64,000 nt of DNA from Acidobacteriota bacterium. GTDB taxonomy: Bacteria > Acidobacteriota > UBA6911. The translations under genes and the position numbers were made by a program. Under the pieces are notes generated by a model that had not been told where the DNA came from, did no database searches, and saw only the letters and a program-made list of their open reading frames with translations. The DNA lies in the NCBI GenBank assembly GCA_035506515.1, contig DATJPG010000072.1:69563-133562 (forward strand), in the 5' to 3' direction. Numbering within the stretch: the stretch's first letter is position 1; every line of letters begins with the position of its first letter. Positions 60,528-64,000 of the stretch are shown here, one piece after another.

Positions 60528-63467
60528 ATGAGCGAGATGCTTGCGCACTATGAGCTTCTGGAAAGACTGGGAGCCGGCGGGATGGGCGTGGTGTACCGCG
60601 CGCGCGACACAAAGCTGGGCCGCGAGGTTGCCTTGAAGCTGCTGCCTGAAAATCTTGCCGGAAATCCCACTTACCTCCAGCGGTTTCAACGTGAAGCCCG
60701 ATCCGCATCCGCGCTGAATCATCCGAATATCTGCACGATCTATGAAATTGGTGAGCACCAGGGCCGTCATTACATAAGCATGGAACTGCTGGAAGGCCAG
60801 ACGCTGCGGGTGATGATGCAGGGCAGACCAATGCCCGTAGACCAGATCATTCGGATAGCCCTGCAGATTGCGGACGCGCTGGAGGCGGCGCACGCCAAGG
60901 GTATTATCCACCGCGATATCAAACCCGCGAACATTTTCTTTACAAGGCGCGCCCTGGTGAAAATCCTGGATTTCGGCCTCGCCAAGCTCGGCTCCGCCGG
61001 TCCGGTATCCCAGGCGTCGACAGCTGCACCGCAGCCGGTTGCCGAGGAATACGTGAGCTCGCCCCACGCAACCCTGGGGACTCTGCCGTATATGTCCCCT
61101 GAACAGGCGCTTGGCGAAGAGATGGACGGGCGTACCGATCTGTTCTCTCTTGGTGCCGTGCTCTACCAGCTTGCCACGGGCTTTCCCGCGTTCACCGGCA
61201 TCTCGCAACCGGTCCTCTTCCAGGAAATCCTGACAAAGATGCCCCGCCCCCCATCTCAACTCAATCCGGAAATCCCTCGACGAATGGACGACATCATCGG
61301 CAAGCTTCTCGAAAAAGATCGGGATCTCCGGCATCAGACCGCCGCCGACCTATGCGCCGATCTGAAGCGATTGAAGCGTGACCTTGAGCTCAAGCGCGGC
61401 ATTGCGAGCGACGCCCGCCACACCGTACCCTTGTCCGCCGAGGATTCCGCGGATGCGGGTTCGCCGCCCGAGAATTTTACGCATCATCCCGCACATCACG
61501 TGCGGGATTTTCTGAAAAAACTGCCCCTGCCCCGCAGCCGCAAAGCCATCGCGGGCGCTGCGGTCCTCGCCATCATCCTTCTCGCACTTGCCGCCGTCTT
61601 TCTGCTGAAAACCTCTAAGTATGTCCCCTGCATCAAAGTTGAGGACTTCACCGGCGGTTCCGATTCCGTGGATGCGCAACTGGTAGGATTTGTTCTTAAA
61701 AGGGCGCTGTCCCAATTCCCCGAGGTCACCGTTGTCGACCGTCAGGAATTCGGCCACCTGCTGACGCTAGAAAAATCCCGCAAGGAAGCGGAGCAATCCA
61801 AGGCCCAATCGTTGTCCTGGGAGCAAAAGGTTTTGCCCCAGCAGTGGGATGCGCGTGAGCCCGCGGTGCTGGTAACTGGCCATGTAAACGATACCCTGGG
61901 GCATCTGGAAGTCCGGCTGACGTGGACCGTGCGAGGCAAGAAAACAACCAGCCTGTCGCGTTTCGGCGGAGTCGACGGCCTGCTGAACAAGGGGATCGAC
62001 AAGCTGGTGCTGGATACGCTGCGCCAATATGACCCGCAATTTGCGGAGCAGCATATCACGGGGAGACAGGCCGACTATCGCCCTGCCGTGCACCTGCTTT
62101 CACTCCGCTGGGATGCCCTGCGCCACTATTTTCGCGGCGCAAAAGCCTGGGAGCGTTACGACATGAACTCCTCGGAGCGTGAACTCCGCTCCGCGCTCGA
62201 AATCGATCCGAACCTCGCTCTAGCCCATCTCATGCTGGGCGAGGTGCGCGTGTTCCAGAACCAGTGGGATGCCGCTCAATCGGAAATTTTATCCGCGCGC
62301 AAGCAAGCGCGGGCGCTGACGGAAGTCGACCAGTATCGAGTGGAAGCTTTTCTTGCCCGCGTCTTTGGTATGCCGTTCGAGGAGAGAGTCCAGTGGCAGA
62401 AACTGATCGCCCTTCAGCCGTACAAAAGAGAGTATCTGTATGAACTTGCGGAATCGTATTTCCATACCGCCGACGTCGATGAGGCAATCAGCAGGTATCA
62501 GGACGCTCTCAGCCTGGATGACAAATACGAACTTGCCTACAATCATCTGGCTTACTGCTATTCATGGAGAGGCGACCATGCGCAGGCTCTCGTCGCTTCC
62601 CGAAGTTATCTCAATCTGGATCCGTCGGCAAACGCTTACGACAGCCTTGGAGATGCGTACATGCAGGGCGGCAACTACGTCAAGGCCGAAGAAATGAAAT
62701 CGAAGGCAATGCAGATGGATCCTCAGATGTATTACGCCAGCAGGATCCTCGCTTTCATTAAGATGCGGTGCGGACGCAACAAGGCCGCGGCAGAATATTT
62801 GCAGTCCTTTCTTGGAATTCCGGATGACTCGATGAAGGCCCAGTATTACTCTGCTCTGGCCTATCTATACTTCCGTAAGAGGGACCTGGATCAGGCGCTA
62901 TCGATGTGCGAGCAGGGTCTCAAAATCGCCGGTTCCGTGCAGTATGACGCACCGCACGACGAGTTGATCTGGCTGAAGGGGATGATCGAGATTGAGAAGA
63001 GGAACATGCCGGCAGCGCGCCTGGCGCTTGGACAATTGCGCACCATCCTATATTCCAGCTCCATCAATGCGATGAACTACAAGCCTGCCTACAAATACTA
63101 TCTGCATCTGCTCGCGAAAACCGCCGCGGAAGACGGAAAGGTTCAAGAATCGGCGACAGCCGTCAATGACCTGAAGTGGATAAAGTCAAAGCTGGGATAC
63201 TGGAGTACACCTTTCGATCAGGCTTTCTTCATGGATGAGATCGGGCAGATCTGCGAGAAAATTCGACGGATGTCTGAAGCCGAACAGGCCTATCGAGATG
63301 CCCTTCTATATAATCCGCACTACGGGCTTGCACGATTCCATCTCGCCAAGTTTCTGAAAAACAGGGGATCTGCCGGGGACGCGCAGAAGGAGATTCAGGC
63401 ATTCCTGTCCGACTGGAACCAGGCCGATGCCGACGCGCCGGAAATGATCGAAGCCCGCAAATTTTGA
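60528..63467 (+). CDS. Membrane-anchored Hanks-type Ser/Thr protein kinase with a large extracytoplasmic domain ending in TPR repeats
   Basis: Kinase subdomains (GAGGMGVVYRA, ALK, HRDIKPANIFF, DFGLAK, SPE). A TM helix (AIAGAAVLAIILLALAAVFLL). A ~600-aa C-terminal region with multiple TPR-like repeats. Start set at the ATG at 60528 (MSEMLAHYELLERLG). Confidence 0.85.
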   Translation: MSEMLAHYELLERLGAGGMGVVYRARDTKLGREVALKLLPENLAGNPTYLQRFQREARSASALNHPNICTIYEIGEHQGRHYISMELLEGQTLRVMMQGRPMPVDQIIRIALQIADALEAAHAKGIIHRDIKPANIFFTRRALVKILDFGLAKLGSAGPVSQASTAAPQPVAEEYVSSPHATLGTLPYMSPEQALGEEMDGRTDLFSLGAVLYQLATGFPAFTGISQPVLFQEILTKMPRPPSQLNPEIPRRMDDIIGKLLEKDRDLRHQTAADLCADLKRLKRDLELKRGIASDARHTVPLSAEDSADAGSPPENFTHHPAHHVRDFLKKLPLPRSRKAIAGAAVLAIILLALAAVFLLKTSKYVPCIKVEDFTGGSDSVDAQLVGFVLKRALSQFPEVTVVDRQEFGHLLTLEKSRKEAEQSKAQSLSWEQKVLPQQWDAREPAVLVTGHVNDTLGHLEVRLTWTVRGKKTTSLSRFGGVDGLLNKGIDKLVLDTLRQYDPQFAEQHITGRQADYRPAVHLLSLRWDALRHYFRGAKAWERYDMNSSERELRSALEIDPNLALAHLMLGEVRVFQNQWDAAQSEILSARKQARALTEVDQYRVEAFLARVFGMPFEERVQWQKLIALQPYKREYLYELAESYFHTADVDEAISRYQDALSLDDKYELAYNHLAYCYSWRGDHAQALVASRSYLNLDPSANAYDSLGDAYMQGGNYVKAEEMKSKAMQMDPQMYYASRILAFIKMRCGRNKAAAEYLQSFLGIPDDSMKAQYYSALAYLYFRKRDLDQALSMCEQGLKIAGSVQYDAPHDELIWLKGMIEIEKRNMPAARLALGQLRTILYSSSINAMNYKPAYKYYLHLLAKTAAEDGKVQESATAVNDLKWIKSKLGYWSTPFDQAFFMDEIGQICEKIRRMSEAEQAYRDALLYNPHYGLARFHLAKFLKNRGSAGDAQKEIQAFLSDWNQADADAPEMIEARKF

Positions 63468-63491
63468 TTTTTCTGCCTACGAATGACTGCC

Positions 63492-64000
63492 TCACGATTT
63501 AGGCACGAGCTTTAGGCCGCGCCGATCGCGCGGCCGACGGCATCCTGCTGCCTGGTCGGCAATCGAAAAAAGCGAGGCGTCATCCCAGGCTCCCGAGGGT
63601 TGCGATCTCAAAACCAGATCATACGCGGAATCCTCGACGGTTCTTTCATCGATCATCGAGAGATTGTTGCTGGCGGCAAGGGACAGGCAGTGCCTGCATA
63701 TCATATTGATGTTCAACGGAACACCACGCGAATACAGCGCTATGGCGGACAGCGCCCCGGCGCTGAAAAGCGTCCGCTCGCATCCGGCAAGGCGCAGCCG
63801 ATGCAGCACATAGCTGTGCGCCTCCGCCTGGTCGAGAGGATTCAGGCGGCAGAAGACATGGATTCCTTTGCTGAAGGGCATCAGGCGGGGCTCAGTGAGT
63901 TTTGCCGCGAGGTCGTGTCTTCCGGAGAACACGATCTGCAGCAACTTCTGCGGCCACCCGCCAAGCTCGGACAAAGAGCACAGGTTCTGAATCGTTGCCG
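63492..64000 (-). CDS. GspA/ExeA-like AAA ATPase family protein, C-terminal portion; 5' end probably beyond the window edge
   Basis: The ...AHSYVLHRLRLAG... segment resembles the conserved region following the AAA core of ExeA/GspA-like ATPases. The ORF is open to the window end. Weak call. Confidence 0.4.
   Translation of the reverse strand, partial: ATIQNLCSLSELGGWPQKLLQIVFSGRHDLAAKLTEPRLMPFSKGIHVFCRLNPLDQAEAHSYVLHRLRLAGCERTLFSAGALSAIALYSRGVPLNINMICRHCLSLAASNNLSMIDERTVEDSAYDLVLRSQPSGAWDDASLFSIADQAAGCRRPRDRRGLKLVPKS

Overview
Chromosomal window from a diderm bacterium with roughly 58% GC; no mobile elements, CRISPR arrays or prophage were found. The window encodes BamD, Lol-like and Mla systems, TonB-C proteins and an LpxL fragment. 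The abundance of secreted TPR proteins and large Hanks-type Ser/Thr kinases with TPR/HEAT sensor domains is reminiscent of Acidobacteriota, but this is unverified. Coding density is high and mostly housekeeping. Reading left to right: an LpxL-family acyltransferase 3' fragment, an M48 peptidase fused to a beta-propeller, a TPR protein, a PfkB kinase, mtnP, ltaE, hemW, an isochorismatase-family hydrolase, radC, fabG with two small coupled membrane proteins, pilT-recX-alaS, and a peptidoglycan-remodelling cluster (SLT lytic transglycosylase, AmiC-like amidase, anchored protein). Next come a Crp/Fnr regulator, a PabB-PabC fusion, ftsY, birA, valS, a response regulator coupled to bamD, rpe, the rsmB-fmt-def cluster, aroC, mlaEFD, a CDP-alcohol phosphatidyltransferase, a Lol-like operon (lipoprotein, permease, ATPase, LolA-like) and a DedA/YqaA protein. 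The window continues with rodZ plus two coupled hypotheticals, the heat-shock operon dnaK-dnaJ-hspR ending in a coupled secreted protein, galK, tRNA-Ala(CGC), a tandem TonB-C protein, a HEAT-repeat Ser/Thr kinase preceded by two unknown proteins, tRNA-Val(CAC), a 980-aa transmembrane TPR Ser/Thr kinase, and a GspA/ExeA-like ATPase fragment. The unexplained structure is mainly non-coding. A family of at least five intergenic imperfect-palindromic repeats is built from NNTCGG/CCGANN hexamer units with a conserved 5' module. Two hairpins made of tandem GATTCNA heptads bracket the pabBC gene. There is also an uncharacterised three-gene cassette (two unknown proteins plus a HEAT Ser/Thr kinase) lying between tRNA-Ala and one repeat copy. 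All calls rest on reading the translated ORFs and the DNA by eye; no database searches were run.
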